Of a DNA stretch of 50,319 bases, positions 1 through 11,920 are shown one piece after another. Position numbers and translations under genes: made by a program. This DNA is from Pseudomonadota bacterium. Its GTDB lineage: Bacteria > UBA10199 > 2-02-FULL-44-16 > JAAZCA01. Location of the stretch: assembly GCA_043798915.1 (NCBI GenBank), contig JAZDOG010000012.1:1-50319 (forward strand), written 5' to 3'. The notes beneath the pieces were generated by a model that saw nothing but the letters and a program-made list of their open reading frames with translations, ran no database searches and was not told the origin of the DNA. The first letter of the stretch is position 1. Each line of letters opens with the position of its first letter.

Positions 1-1
1 A

Positions 2-895
2 GGGCCCGGCGGGAAGGACTGGCTCGTCACGACCGACGCCCTCGTCGAGGGGGTGCACTTCAGGCGCGAATGGGCGGATCCGGCCGTGCTCGGCCGCAAG
101 GCCCTGGCAGTAAACTTGAGCGATATCGCGGCGATGGGGGGAGTGCCCAGATTCTATCTCGTGGCGATCGGCCTGCCGCCCGGCGATGCCGCGGGCGCCG
201 CGCCGCTCATATACGACGGGATGCGCGGGATGGCGAATGAGCACGGAGCTCTCCTCATCGGCGGCGACACGGTCGCCTCCCCATCCGGCATTATGATTTC
301 GATCACCGCGATCGGTGAAGTGGAGCGAGGCCGTGCGATCGTAAGGAGCGGCGCGCATCCCGGCGACGCGATCTTTGTCACGGGGACCTTCGGTTCCTCG
401 GGATTGGGGCTTGGAGTTTTGAAATCGGGACGCAAGGGCGGCAGCGCGGAGGCCTTTGTGCGGCGGCATCTGTACCCGGTTCCCCGCGTCGCGGAGGGGC
501 GCTGGATCGCCGGCACCGGGATGGCCACGGCGATGATCGACGCGAGCGATGGCCTCGTGGCCGATCTCTCGCACGTCGCCGACGAGAGCGGAGTCGGGTT
601 TGAGATAGATGCGCCGTCGGTGCCGCTGGACGATGGCTTCGACGAGGCCGCGCGTGCGTTGGGGCATGACCCCGTAAAGCTTGCGCTCGCTGGCGGCGAG
701 GATTATGAACTCGTCTTCACGGTCGCCGACTCGAGAATCGCCGAATTTGAGAAGGTCGCAAAAGGGTGCCCGATGAGATGCCGCGTCACGCGCATAGGAA
801 CGACCGTCGCCGACCGCCATGCAAGGCTCGTCATTGGTTCCGAGGGCAAGGCGCTTGATCTCCCATCTGGCGGATACGATCATTTTTCACAATAG
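2..895 (+). CDS. thiL: Thiamine-monophosphate kinase (5'-truncated by window edge)
   Basis: Frame open from position 2 (..LVTTDALVEGVHF); motifs NLSDIAAMGG, GGDT, AMIDASDGL, GGEDYEL. Confidence 0.95.
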   Translation, partial: GPGGKDWLVTTDALVEGVHFRREWADPAVLGRKALAVNLSDIAAMGGVPRFYLVAIGLPPGDAAGAAPLIYDGMRGMANEHGALLIGGDTVASPSGIMISITAIGEVERGRAIVRSGAHPGDAIFVTGTFGSSGLGLGVLKSGRKGGSAEAFVRRHLYPVPRVAEGRWIAGTGMATAMIDASDGLVADLSHVADESGVGFEIDAPSVPLDDGFDEAARALGHDPVKLALAGGEDYELVFTVADSRIAEFEKVAKGCPMRCRVTRIGTTVADRHARLVIGSEGKALDLPSGGYDHFSQ

Positions 896-986
896 CGCGA
901 ACCGGCTTGCGAGGAAGATGGGCATTGATTGCAAATTCTATAGCAGTTGAATTACATGTTTTACACATCTTCAGGGGAGTCCGATT

Positions 987-2243
987 ATGGTAAAAATGAC
1001 TGAAACTACGAAACAAACCTATTTGGAAGAGCCGGCCCGCATCGAGTTTCTGGGAGTCGAGAACTACCGTGCCCTCAAGGCGGTTGAATTTGCAAAGATC
1101 ACCCCTTTCACTGTTTTGCTGGGGCCCAACGGGAGTGGTAAATCTACAGTTTTTGATGTATTCAACTTTCTCTCGGAATGCTTCCAATTCGGTCTTAGGC
1201 ATGCATGGGACCGTCGAGGCCGTGCAAAGGAGCTGAAAACTCGCGGGCAAGAAGGACCCATCACTATTGATCTTAAGTATCGCGAGAAACAAGGTGATCC
1301 GTTGATTACCTACCACCTTGCTGTGGATGAAGAGCGGGGAAAAGCCTTTGTTGCCGAGGAATGGCTTGAGTGGAAGCGTGGCAAAAAGGTGGGACGCCCA
1401 TTTCGATTTCTCGACTACAAACGTGGTCAGGGTTCTGCTGTCAGCGGTGAAGATCCGGATGAGGCTGGCAAAAGAGTAGATACTCCGCTGCGTTCGCCGG
1501 ATCTCATCGCCGTAAATACACTTGGCCAGTTTTCCGAGCATCCGCGAGTTGCTGCTTTGCGAGAGTTTATAACAGACTGGTATGTCTCCTACCTCTCGAT
1601 TGACGATACTCGCGGGCAACCGGAGGCTGGCCCACAAGAGCGTCTCAGTAAAACTGGTGACAATCTCCCGAATGTCATACAATATCTGAAAGAACAGCAT
1701 CCCGATCGCCTTGATAATATTTTTGCTATTCTCAAGCACCGTATTCCTCGCCTTGAGAAAGTTCTCGCTGAGTCCATGCCGGATGGGCGACTGTTGTTGC
1801 AGATCAAGGACGCGCCTTTTGACCGGCCCGTGCTCTCAAAATTTACTTCGGATGGGACGCTCAAACTTCTCGCCTATCTCACCGTACTCAACGATCCTTC
1901 GCCTCCGCAGTTTATCGGTATCGAAGAACCTGAAAATTTCCTTCACCCCCGTTTACTGCCAGAACTCGCTCAAGAATGTCAGGCGGCAGCAGATCGTTCT
2001 CAACTCCTGGCTACCACGCATTCACCGTTCTTTCTTAATGCCCTCCGTCCGGAAGACGTTCGCGTATTGTACCGCGATGAGCAAGGTTACACACAGACCA
2101 TCCGGGTTTGTGATGTCCCGGGTATTCCCGAATTCATGAAGGCAGGGGCGTCCCTCGGCCACCTCTGGCTCGAAGGCCACTTTGAAGTGGGTGATCCGCT
2201 TGTTCGTGCTGGTGCACCGACAAATAAAGGAAAGCCGAGATGA
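987..2243 (+). CDS. ABC/AAA_21-type ATPase (OLD/PARIS/AbiL-like ATPase component)
   Basis: ENYRAL, Walker A GPNGSGKS, signature-like SDGT, Walker B/D-loop [11 protein letters not shown]-loop TTHSP; lower GC than flanks. Confidence 0.85.
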   Translation: MVKMTETTKQTYLEEPARIEFLGVENYRALKAVEFAKITPFTVLLGPNGSGKSTVFDVFNFLSECFQFGLRHAWDRRGRAKELKTRGQEGPITIDLKYREKQGDPLITYHLAVDEERGKAFVAEEWLEWKRGKKVGRPFRFLDYKRGQGSAVSGEDPDEAGKRVDTPLRSPDLIAVNTLGQFSEHPRVAALREFITDWYVSYLSIDDTRGQPEAGPQERLSKTGDNLPNVIQYLKEQHPDRLDNIFAILKHRIPRLEKVLAESMPDGRLLLQIKDAPFDRPVLSKFTSDGTLKLLAYLTVLNDPSPPQFIGIEEPENFLHPRLLPELAQECQAAADRSQLLATTHSPFFLNALRPEDVRVLYRDEQGYTQTIRVCDVPGIPEFMKAGASLGHLWLEGHFEVGDPLVRAGAPTNKGKPR

Positions 2244-2875
2244 GTGTTAAGCATGTAGAAGTGCTTGTCGAAGAGCCATCCATGGAAGTTGCGCTACGAT
2301 TGTTACTTCCTCGTATCCTTGGCGAAACCTCGTTCGCGATCTATCAAAATCAGTGTAAGAATGAACTGATCGCTCGACTACCTCAACGACTCGCCGGTTA
2401 TGCGAACCGGCGGAAGAACGATTCTTGGTTTCGCGACCACTGCCGTATTGTCGTGATAGTCGATCGGGATGATGAAGATTGTAAAGATCTCAAGGCTCGG
2501 CTTGAAAAGGCGGCCAAAGAAGCAGGGCTGATTACTCGTTCGACAGCGAACAATAACACCTATACTGTTGTGAACCGAATTGCAGTTGAGGAGCTCGAGG
2601 CGTGGTATTTTGGTGACTGGAAAGCCGTGCAGACAGCTTATCCCAAGGTTGTTGCTTCTGTTCCCTCTAAATCGAAATACCGTAACCCGGATGCCATTAC
2701 TGGTGGCACATGTGAGGCATTGGAACGCGTGCTCCGTAAGTTCGGGTATTTCAAAACGGGTTTTCGAAAGATCGACGCAGCACGGGCAATCGGGGAACAT
2801 ATGGTTCCAAGTCGGAATCGTTCAGGGAGCTTCCAAATTTTGTGTTCAGCGCTCCGCGAGATAGCGTCCGCATGA
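2240..2875 (+). CDS. DUF4276-like TOPRIM-fold protein, partner of upstream ATPase
   Basis: ATGA overlap with ATPase; TOPRIM-like VLVEEPS and IVDRD (DxD); ELEAWYFGD and NRSGSF motifs typical of DUF4276. Confidence 0.7.
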   Translation: MSVKHVEVLVEEPSMEVALRLLLPRILGETSFAIYQNQCKNELIARLPQRLAGYANRRKNDSWFRDHCRIVVIVDRDDEDCKDLKARLEKAAKEAGLITRSTANNNTYTVVNRIAVEELEAWYFGDWKAVQTAYPKVVASVPSKSKYRNPDAITGGTCEALERVLRKFGYFKTGFRKIDAARAIGEHMVPSRNRSGSFQILCSALREIASA

Positions 2876-3084
2876 CATACGCAACATTAGTATCAAATCC
2901 GTTGGACGTTGCGCTCGCTTGGCTCGAAAACCTAGTCTGGCGGGTCACGCACGGCCTCAAGATCGTGCTCGGCGCGGTTCTTTCGGAAGGAGCTCTAATG
3001 GTAAAGATCGATTCCCGGAAGCTCATGGAACAGGCCATCAAGGTCGTGCGGCGGTTCATCGCGACCCTCGCGCAGAGGGCAGCG

Positions 3085-3183
3085 TGAATCCCGACAGTAA
3101 TCCCGACAAAGTGTCGGGATAGGCGCGCCTTAACCAGGCCCGCCCCTGAATCGCGACACCAATCGCGACATGATGTCGCGATA
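3085..3183. repeat. Two 37-bp units, each with 2 direct + 1 inverted copy of ATC(C/G)CGACA
   Basis: TGAATCCCGACAGTAATCCCGACAAAGTGTCGGGATA (3085-3121) and TGAATCGCGACACCAATCGCGACATGATGTCGCGATA (3147-3183). Confidence 0.85.
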
Positions 3184-3492
3184 CGGCATTTTATGTGGAC
3201 TGTGATGCGAAAAAACGCGATATGGAAGGCAGATATTTGAAAAGGGTGATATAAAAACGAATCAGCCGCTCCCTTGCGGAAACGGCTGGCTAACTCCTTC
3301 TACACATGGCAGATGAGTTGCTATTATTGTGTATGATTTTCATTCTTTATTCAAGGAATCTTTCGAAAGGGTAGTAAATGCCATTTTTTCATTTAGTGGC
3401 GCTCAATGTGAGCGACAGCGCACCTGTTGGGCAACGTCGTGGCGTCTTGCTGGATGTGAAGGATTAAATCGTTCAATGAGGAATAAACCCTG

Positions 3493-4482
3493 ATGTTTTC
3501 GCTCGTCGTGCTTTTCATATTGCTGCTCCTGTGTTCCGCCTTTTTCTCCAGCTCGGAGACGGCGCTCTTCTCGCTTTCGGGCGTCTGGCTCCACCGCTTC
3601 CGCGAGGCGCGGGGGAGCTCCGCCGCCAAGGTCGTCGCGGCGCTCCGCATGCCGCGCAAGATGCTGGTCACCATCCTCCTCGGCAACGAGTTCGCAAACG
3701 TCGCGATATCTATCGTCGGTGCCGCGATAGTCAGCCGCTTGATCCCGACGACCGTCGGGAGGCAGACCGTCCTGGCTATCGCGATCGTCACCCCCATCGT
3801 CCTCGTGGCCGGCGAGATCGTGCCCAAGAATATCGCGCTCCGATTCGCGCCGCAGCTGGCGCCGGTCCTCATATGGCCGCTCACGTTTTTCTACAGGGTC
3901 GTGCGTCCGCTGCGCGCGCTGCTCGCGTGGATCGCCAACCGGGTGATCGCGCTCCTGGGCGGGGAGCCTACGCGCGCCGAGCCGATGATCATGGAGGAGG
4001 AGTTCAGGAGGCTCGTTGATATTGGCCACAAGGAAGGGGCCATCGTGGAGGAGGAGCGGGAGCTCATCCACAACGTCTTCGAGTTCACGGACAAGGTTGT
4101 CTCTGATATCATGACGCCGGCCGAAAAGCTCTTCGCGCTCTCCGTCGATTTTCCGTATGAGAGGGTGATCGAGGAGATAAAGAGCGTCCAGTTCTCGCGC
4201 GTGCCGTTCTACGCCGGGGGCCCGGACAACATAATGGGCGTGCTCCACGTGCGCGACCTCTTCGCTTTTCACCGTCGCAGGCTCTCGGACGGTAATCTCG
4301 ATCTCAAGGAGCTCCTGAAGGAGCCGCTCTTCGTGGATAGGGGGGCGCCGCTCGAGGCGCTCCTCAAGGAGTTCCAGCGGACGCAGATGCACATGGCCAT
4401 CGTTCGGGACGACGGGAAAAAATTGGAAGGCGTGGTCACGATGGACGACGTTCTTGAAGAATTATTCGGAGAAATGGAATGA
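3493..4482 (+). CDS. CNNM (DUF21)/CBS-domain hemolysin-family membrane protein
   Basis: SAFFSSSETALFSL, ILLGNE, GEIVPK, tandem CBS (IMTP, FSRVP, GVVTMDDVLEELFG); no CorC C-terminal domain. Confidence 0.9.
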   Translation: MFSLVVLFILLLLCSAFFSSSETALFSLSGVWLHRFREARGSSAAKVVAALRMPRKMLVTILLGNEFANVAISIVGAAIVSRLIPTTVGRQTVLAIAIVTPIVLVAGEIVPKNIALRFAPQLAPVLIWPLTFFYRVVRPLRALLAWIANRVIALLGGEPTRAEPMIMEEEFRRLVDIGHKEGAIVEEERELIHNVFEFTDKVVSDIMTPAEKLFALSVDFPYERVIEEIKSVQFSRVPFYAGGPDNIMGVLHVRDLFAFHRRRLSDGNLDLKELLKEPLFVDRGAPLEALLKEFQRTQMHMAIVRDDGKKLEGVVTMDDVLEELFGEME

Positions 4483-5726
4483 GCATCGCCGTACTCATCC
4501 TGGTTCTTGCCATCTGCCTGCTGCTCGAGGGGTTTTTCTCGGGGAGCGAGATGGCGCTCGTCACCGCCGACAAGTATCGCCTGGCGTTGGCCACCGACGC
4601 CGGTTCTCGCCGCGCCCTCTCGGCGCTGCACATGGTCAAGCACCCCGCCAAATTCTTTACCACCACGCTCCTCGGCACCAACCTCTGCACCGTCACGGCC
4701 TCCGTGGTCACCGCGTTCTTCATCATCAGGCGGTTTGGGCCGGAATATGCGCCGCTGGCCATTCTATGCTGGCCGTTCACGCTCGTCTTGGGTGAGATCG
4801 TCCCGAAGAGCATCTGCCAGCATTATGCGGACAGGATCGTGCTGCGCGTTGCCCCCGCCCTCTTCGGCGTGTCGGTCGCCCTGTATCCTGTGGTGTGGGC
4901 GCTCTCGAAGATCACCGATTCGCTCCTCGGAGGCATCAGGCGCCACGCCGGTTCAAATCCCCCTCTTTCTCGCGAGGAGCTTGAACTCATGCTCGAGGTG
5001 GGCCGCCCGGAGGGGAGCGACGTGAAGCCGATGGAGCGGACGCTCATATCGCGGATATTCGACCTCGCCGACAAGAGGGTGAAGGGCATCATGACGCCGC
5101 TGGTCGACGTCGTGGCAATACCGATAACCGCAGAGCGCGCCGAGGCAGAGGGTATCCTCGAGAGGCATGGCTTTTCGCGCATACCGGTCTACGAGGGCAG
5201 GGTCTTCAACATGGTGGGATTTCTTTCAGGCGCGGACCTCCTCTTCGGCGAGGAAAAGTGCCCTGTCAAAGATATCCTGAAGCCCGCATACTACGTGCCG
5301 GAGGAGATGCCGCTCGACGAGCTCCTGGTGTCGATGAGGCGCAGGGGCGAGCCGATGGCGGTGGCGGTCGACGAGTACGGCGCGGCGACGGGGATCGTCA
5401 CCGTCGAGGATCTTTTGGAAGAGGTGGTGGGGGAGATACGCGACGAACACGACGACGCGGCCGTGCTATACAGGAGGGTGGGCTGGCATCATTACCTCGT
5501 GAGCGGCCGGATGGAGGTCGCGGAGGCGAACGACAAGCTCAAGCTCGAAATCCCGGAGGGGGAGTACAAGACCATCGCCGGGTTTGTGATACACAGGATG
5601 GAGAAGATTCCAAGGGTTGGCGAGGGATTCAAGCTGGGCCGCTTCAAACTCACCGTGGTCCACGCCACCGAGCGCTCCGTCGTGGAGGTCGAGGTGGCGC
5701 AGGTTTCTGAAGAGGAGCAGGGATGA
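4479..5726 (+). CDS. CNNM/CBS/CorC-domain hemolysin-family protein (Mg/Co efflux-associated)
   Basis: [41 protein letters not shown]-terminal TIAGF (CorC_HlyC). Confidence 0.9.
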   Translation: MSIAVLILVLAICLLLEGFFSGSEMALVTADKYRLALATDAGSRRALSALHMVKHPAKFFTTTLLGTNLCTVTASVVTAFFIIRRFGPEYAPLAILCWPFTLVLGEIVPKSICQHYADRIVLRVAPALFGVSVALYPVVWALSKITDSLLGGIRRHAGSNPPLSREELELMLEVGRPEGSDVKPMERTLISRIFDLADKRVKGIMTPLVDVVAIPITAERAEAEGILERHGFSRIPVYEGRVFNMVGFLSGADLLFGEEKCPVKDILKPAYYVPEEMPLDELLVSMRRRGEPMAVAVDEYGAATGIVTVEDLLEEVVGEIRDEHDDAAVLYRRVGWHHYLVSGRMEVAEANDKLKLEIPEGEYKTIAGFVIHRMEKIPRVGEGFKLGRFKLTVVHATERSVVEVEVAQVSEEEQG

Positions 5727-6886
5727 CGATCGCGTACTTCGACTGTTTCTCGGGCGTCTCCGGCGACATGGTGCTGGGCAGCATGGTCGACGCCGGGTTG
5801 CCGCTTTCGCATCTCAAAAAACAGCTCAGGCTCCTGCCCATCGGGTCGTACGACCTCACGTCGGCGAAGGCGCGGCGAACGATATGCGGCACGGACATCC
5901 GCGTCGCGGTGAAATCGGGGCCGCGCTCCGACGGCTATGCCGGCCTCGACCGGCTGATCGCCCGGAGCCGCCTTGCGAAGCCGGTGAAGGTCCTCGCGCG
6001 CGCGATCTTCGCGAGGCTCGCGAGGGCCGAGGCACACGTCCACGGGATACTTTTGAGCCGCGTGCATTTCCACGAGGTGGGCGCCGTGGATTCGGTCGTC
6101 GATGTTGTCGGCGCGGCGATCGGCTTCGACTATTTTGGCTTCGACGCGGTCTATTCGTCGCCGCTTCCCATGTCGCGCGGTCTTGTCAGGTGCGAGCACG
6201 GCACCTTCCCTGTCCCCGCGCCGGCGACGATCGAGCTGCTCAAAGGCATCCCGCTCGAACCTTCGCATGTGAAGGGCGAGATCGTCACGCCGACGGGCGC
6301 GGCGATCATCGCGACCGTCGCGGAACATTTCGGCGAGTGCCCGATTCAGAAGGTGGAGCGCGTGGGCTACGGATTCGGCGACAGAATAATTCCGGGGACC
6401 CCGAACGCCCTGAGGCTCATGATCGGCGACGGGTTTCCGGTGGTGGTCGTGCAGTGCGACATCGACGACATGAACCCGCAGATATTCGACCATGTCGCGA
6501 AACGCCTCTTCGCAGTGGGCGCGGTTGACGTCGATCTGGCCGCCATCCAGATGAAGAAGGGCAGGCCGGGCGTGAGGCTCACCGCCCTCGTGCCGTGGGA
6601 GAAAAAAGACGCGGTCATCGATATCATTCTGAAGGAGACGACGACATTCGGCGTGCGCTACTGGCCTGCCGAGCGCCGCGTGCTCTCGCGCGAGCTCGTC
6701 CAGAAGAAGACGAGGATCGGAAAGATGCGCTTCAAGATCGGGATGGACGCGTCAGGTTGCGCGGTCAAGGTGATGCCGGAATATGAGGACGTGGTGAAAC
6801 TTGCGAAGAAAAAACGCCGCCCGCTGATCGAGGTCCACATGGAAGCCCTCGCCGCCGCCCAGTCCCTGATCGGGCGCGGCCGATGA
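5723..6886 (+). CDS. larC: Nickel pincer cofactor biosynthesis protein LarC
   Basis: YFDCFSGVSGDM, VHFHEVGAVDS, PAPAT, TPTGAA, MKKGRPG, ETTTFGVR, PEYED. Confidence 0.95.
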   Translation: MTIAYFDCFSGVSGDMVLGSMVDAGLPLSHLKKQLRLLPIGSYDLTSAKARRTICGTDIRVAVKSGPRSDGYAGLDRLIARSRLAKPVKVLARAIFARLARAEAHVHGILLSRVHFHEVGAVDSVVDVVGAAIGFDYFGFDAVYSSPLPMSRGLVRCEHGTFPVPAPATIELLKGIPLEPSHVKGEIVTPTGAAIIATVAEHFGECPIQKVERVGYGFGDRIIPGTPNALRLMIGDGFPVVVVQCDIDDMNPQIFDHVAKRLFAVGAVDVDLAAIQMKKGRPGVRLTALVPWEKKDAVIDIILKETTTFGVRYWPAERRVLSRELVQKKTRIGKMRFKIGMDASGCAVKVMPEYEDVVKLAKKKRRPLIEVHMEALAAAQSLIGRGR

Positions 6887-7968
6887 TCCCCCGAGGTTTT
6901 TGCATGCGCATTGCGATAGAAAAACTCATACATGGCGGAAACGGGATGGGCGAGAGCGAGGGCAAGAAGATCCTCGTGCCCTGTTCGGCCCCCGGCGATA
7001 TCCTCGAAGTGGAGATCGCCGCAGATCACGGCTCATGGGCGGAGGGTGCGGTCGCGAGCGTAGTCGAGCCTGCGCCATGCCGCGTGCTCCCTCCGTGCCC
7101 GGTCTTCGGCGAGTGCGGCGGCTGCCAGTGGCAGCACATATCGTATCCCGCCCAGCTCGAATGGAAGAAGAGGATCCTGATTGAAACCCTGGACAGGGTC
7201 GGCAAGATCTCCAGCCCGAACGTCCTTGAAGCGCTTCCCTCCCCGAAGGAGTGGCACTACAGGAACCGCATCCAGCTGCACGTCGATTCGCGCGGGAAGG
7301 TAGGCTTCTACCGCGCGCGATCGAAAGATGTGGTCGAGTTCAAGGAGTGCGCGATTGCGGACGAGAGATTGAACGCCGAGTTAAACTCAAGGCGGGAGGA
7401 TATCTCCCGGCGCGACAAGGGCATCGCGCTGCGCGTCAAAGATGACGGGGTCTCGTTCGCGCAGATCAATTCCGGCCAGAACGAGCAGCTCAAAAAGATG
7501 CTCGTGGAATGGCTCCGCGAAGTTCCGCACAAAACCGTGTTCGAGCTGTATGCGGGGGCCGGAAATTTCACCTTCGCCTATGCCGGAATCGCCGAGCGCG
7601 TCGTCGCCTCCGACATAGATGGCCGCGCCATTCGAGCCGCAAAAGAGGCGCAGGAAAAGCTTGGGGCCCGCAACATCGAGTTTGTCTGTGCGCCTGAGGC
7701 CCGGGCGGCGCGGCGCCTCCTTGGAGATTGCGACGCCGTCCTCGTCGATCCGCCGAGGAAGGGCTGCGCAGAGGTCCTGGAGGCGGTCGCCGGACTCAAT
7801 CCGCGCTCCATTTTCTACATCTCCTGCGATCCGGCTACCCTCGCGCGGGATGCCCTGGCGCTTTCGGAGCTTGGGTTCAGTCTCGTCCGGTCGCTGCCGG
7901 TCGACATGTTTCCACAGACATTTCACATCGAATCGCTCTCGCTCTTTGCCCCACGCCCAACCGCTTGA
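6883..7968 (+). CDS. rlmD: RlmD/TrmA-family RNA m5U methyltransferase
   Basis: TRAM N-terminus, Fe-S motif [50 protein letters not shown]; start may be 6904. Confidence 0.85.
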   Translation: MIPRGFCMRIAIEKLIHGGNGMGESEGKKILVPCSAPGDILEVEIAADHGSWAEGAVASVVEPAPCRVLPPCPVFGECGGCQWQHISYPAQLEWKKRILIETLDRVGKISSPNVLEALPSPKEWHYRNRIQLHVDSRGKVGFYRARSKDVVEFKECAIADERLNAELNSRREDISRRDKGIALRVKDDGVSFAQINSGQNEQLKKMLVEWLREVPHKTVFELYAGAGNFTFAYAGIAERVVASDIDGRAIRAAKEAQEKLGARNIEFVCAPEARAARRLLGDCDAVLVDPPRKGCAEVLEAVAGLNPRSIFYISCDPATLARDALALSELGFSLVRSLPVDMFPQTFHIESLSLFAPRPTA

Positions 7969-7998
7969 AACTGCTGTTTATTTTATCGATCTGTCTCC

Positions 7999-8026
7999 TT
8001 GACAAGACGGCCGTATCTGCTAAAAA
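7999..8026 (+). promoter_or_regulatory. Putative sigma70 promoter of rpsU-dnaG-rpoD
   Basis: TTGACA (7999-8004), 16-bp spacer, TGcTAAAAA extended -10. Confidence 0.5.
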
Positions 8027-8084
8027 AGCGCGATTCTGGTTTGGCTCTATCCGTCGGTATTTTCTGGAAGGTGGTGATCCTCAA

Positions 8085-8267
8085 ATGCCTGGAATCAAGG
8101 TGCGTGAAGGCGAGACCTTCGAGCAGGCTCTCCGCCGTTTCAAGAAGCAGTGCGAAAAGGCGGGAATTCTCTCCGAGCTCCGCAAGCGTGAATACTACGA
8201 GAAGCCGTCAATCAAGGAAAAGAAGAAGCGGGCGGCAGCGAAGAAGAAGCGCATAAGGGGCTACTGA
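8085..8267 (+). CDS. rpsU: 30S ribosomal protein S21
   Basis: [42 protein letters not shown]; the ORF-track start at 7728 is over-extended. Confidence 0.97.
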   Translation: MPGIKVREGETFEQALRRFKKQCEKAGILSELRKREYYEKPSIKEKKKRAAAKKKRIRGY

Positions 8268-8300
8268 TCCTCAGGGCTCCCGACTACGTGAAAGGTCTTC

Positions 8301-10094
8301 ATGTTCAGCAAATCCATCCTGAATGAAATCAGGGATCGGATTTCCATCGTCGCATTCATCGGCGAGCGCGTTCCCCTCAAGCGGGCCGGCAAGACTTTCA
8401 AAGGCGCGTGCCCGTTTCACAACGAAAAGACGCCGTCGTTCAACGTGAGCGACGACAAGGGAATATATCACTGCTTCGGCTGCGGCGAGGGCGGCGACAT
8501 ATTCCAGTTCGTCATGAAGTTCGACGGCATGGGGTTCGCCGAGGCGGTGAAATACCTCGCTGGGCGCGCAGGGGTCGAGCTTCCGCGCATGGAAGACCCC
8601 GCGGCAAGGGCGGCGGAGGACGAATCTGCGCGCCACAAGCGCTGGTGCCTGCGCGTGAACGAGATCGCCCGGGACTACTTCGTGGAGAGGTTTTTAGACG
8701 AGCGCGCGGGGGCCCGGGCGAGGGAGTACCTGCAAGCCCGCGGAATACAAAGAGAATTTTGTACGCAACTTTTTCTGGGTTATGCCGACAATAGTTGGGA
8801 CCAGCTCGTGGGCCATTTGAGGGAGAAGAACGCGCCGCTCGAGATTGCGGCCGAGCTGGGGCTCATCAAGCGGAGGGATGGCGGCGGGTATTATGACTTC
8901 TTCCGCGACCGCATCATGTTTCCGATCATGTCGCCTCGCGGAGAGGTTCTCGGATTCAGCGGCAGGGACGCGGGTCAGGGTGGAGATACGGCGAAATATA
9001 TCAATTCGCCGGACTCCACCGTCTACCACAAGTCCAATTGCGTCTTCGGCCTCGACAGGGCCCATGGCGCGATCAGGAATGAGGATCGCGTATTGCTGGT
9101 CGAGGGAAACCTCGATCTCGTCTCTCTGCACCAGGCCGGCATAACGAACGTCGTGGCGCCGCTCGGCACAGCGCTGACGGCGGGGCATCTGAGACTTTTG
9201 GCGCGATACACGCGCAACATGACGGTCGTATTCGATGGCGATTCGGCTGGTGAGCGCGCGGCGCTTCGGGCGCTCGAGATATTTGTGGCAGAGGAATTGG
9301 CGCCGAGGGTGGTGCCGCTCCCCGAAGGCGAGGATCCCGATTCGCTGGTGCGGAAGGAGGGCGCGGATGCCTTCCGGACAAGGATCGGGAATGCGCCGTC
9401 GCTCTTTGAGCATTTCGTTGAACGGACGCTGGCCGACACCGGCAGGGACGCATCTGGAAAGATCGCGGCGATGGAGAAGATCATCCCCATCTTCAAAGCG
9501 GTTGCGGATGAGGCTCAGCGCGGCGTCTACGGGGCGTATCTGGCCAGGAGGCTCGACATCGACCTGGGGACGATCGAGAAGGCGGCGGCGTCGGGGAAAT
9601 CGAATCTCCCCGCAAAGGTCGCTGTGCATTCCGGCGCTCAAGCTGTCGCACCGCAGACGGATGCGGCCTTTTCTGCCGAGCGGATGCTAGTCGAGACCCT
9701 GGTGAGGAGGCCGGAGCTTGCGCAGGGCGTCTTTTCGGAGATCGGTTCCGCAGCATTCGAGGATGGCTGGTGCAGGACCGTCGCGGAGCTCCTCGAAGCG
9801 CAGTTCAAAAGCGAGGGCGCGGTGAAGGTGGGCGGGCTCGTGGAGGCCCTGGGCGATGCGGAGCTTGCATCGCAGCTGAGGCACATGTCCTTGAGCCCCG
9901 AGAAGTGCGGCGACGATGAGGTCGAGGAGCTGGTGCGGGACTGCGTGGCGCGGATAAAGATGCGCCCCATCTCGCAGAGGATCGAGAAAATCAACGAGGA
10001 CATACGCAGCGCGGAGATTGCCGGAGAGGAGGAGAGGATGTTTGCTCTCCTCACAGAGAAGAAAACGCTCGCCCGCCAGGTTCATGGGCGATAA
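8301..10094 (+). CDS. dnaG: DNA primase
   Basis: CHC2 zinc finger CPFHNEKTPSF..CFGC, FRDRIMFP, KYINSP, TOPRIM VEG..D, FDGD. Confidence 0.97.
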   Translation: MFSKSILNEIRDRISIVAFIGERVPLKRAGKTFKGACPFHNEKTPSFNVSDDKGIYHCFGCGEGGDIFQFVMKFDGMGFAEAVKYLAGRAGVELPRMEDPAARAAEDESARHKRWCLRVNEIARDYFVERFLDERAGARAREYLQARGIQREFCTQLFLGYADNSWDQLVGHLREKNAPLEIAAELGLIKRRDGGGYYDFFRDRIMFPIMSPRGEVLGFSGRDAGQGGDTAKYINSPDSTVYHKSNCVFGLDRAHGAIRNEDRVLLVEGNLDLVSLHQAGITNVVAPLGTALTAGHLRLLARYTRNMTVVFDGDSAGERAALRALEIFVAEELAPRVVPLPEGEDPDSLVRKEGADAFRTRIGNAPSLFEHFVERTLADTGRDASGKIAAMEKIIPIFKAVADEAQRGVYGAYLARRLDIDLGTIEKAAASGKSNLPAKVAVHSGAQAVAPQTDAAFSAERMLVETLVRRPELAQGVFSEIGSAAFEDGWCRTVAELLEAQFKSEGAVKVGGLVEALGDAELASQLRHMSLSPEKCGDDEVEELVRDCVARIKMRPISQRIEKINEDIRSAEIAGEEERMFALLTEKKTLARQVHGR

Positions 10095-10106
10095 CAGGAG
10101 GAAGTT

Positions 10107-11903
<1,797 letters not shown>

Positions 11904-11920
11904 AAAAGGGGGGAGTGAAA

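Noticed and set aside
3085..3183. CRISPR array
   Set aside because: Only two units, several differences between them, one 25-nt spacer, and no cas genes in the window
5723..6886. larC without larA/B/E as a novel pathway
   Set aside because: Scattered lar genes are common; partners may lie elsewhere in the genome
7728..8084. N-terminal extension of rpsU (179-aa ORF)
   Set aside because: S21 homology starts at ATG 8085; the upstream part overlaps rlmD and the promoter
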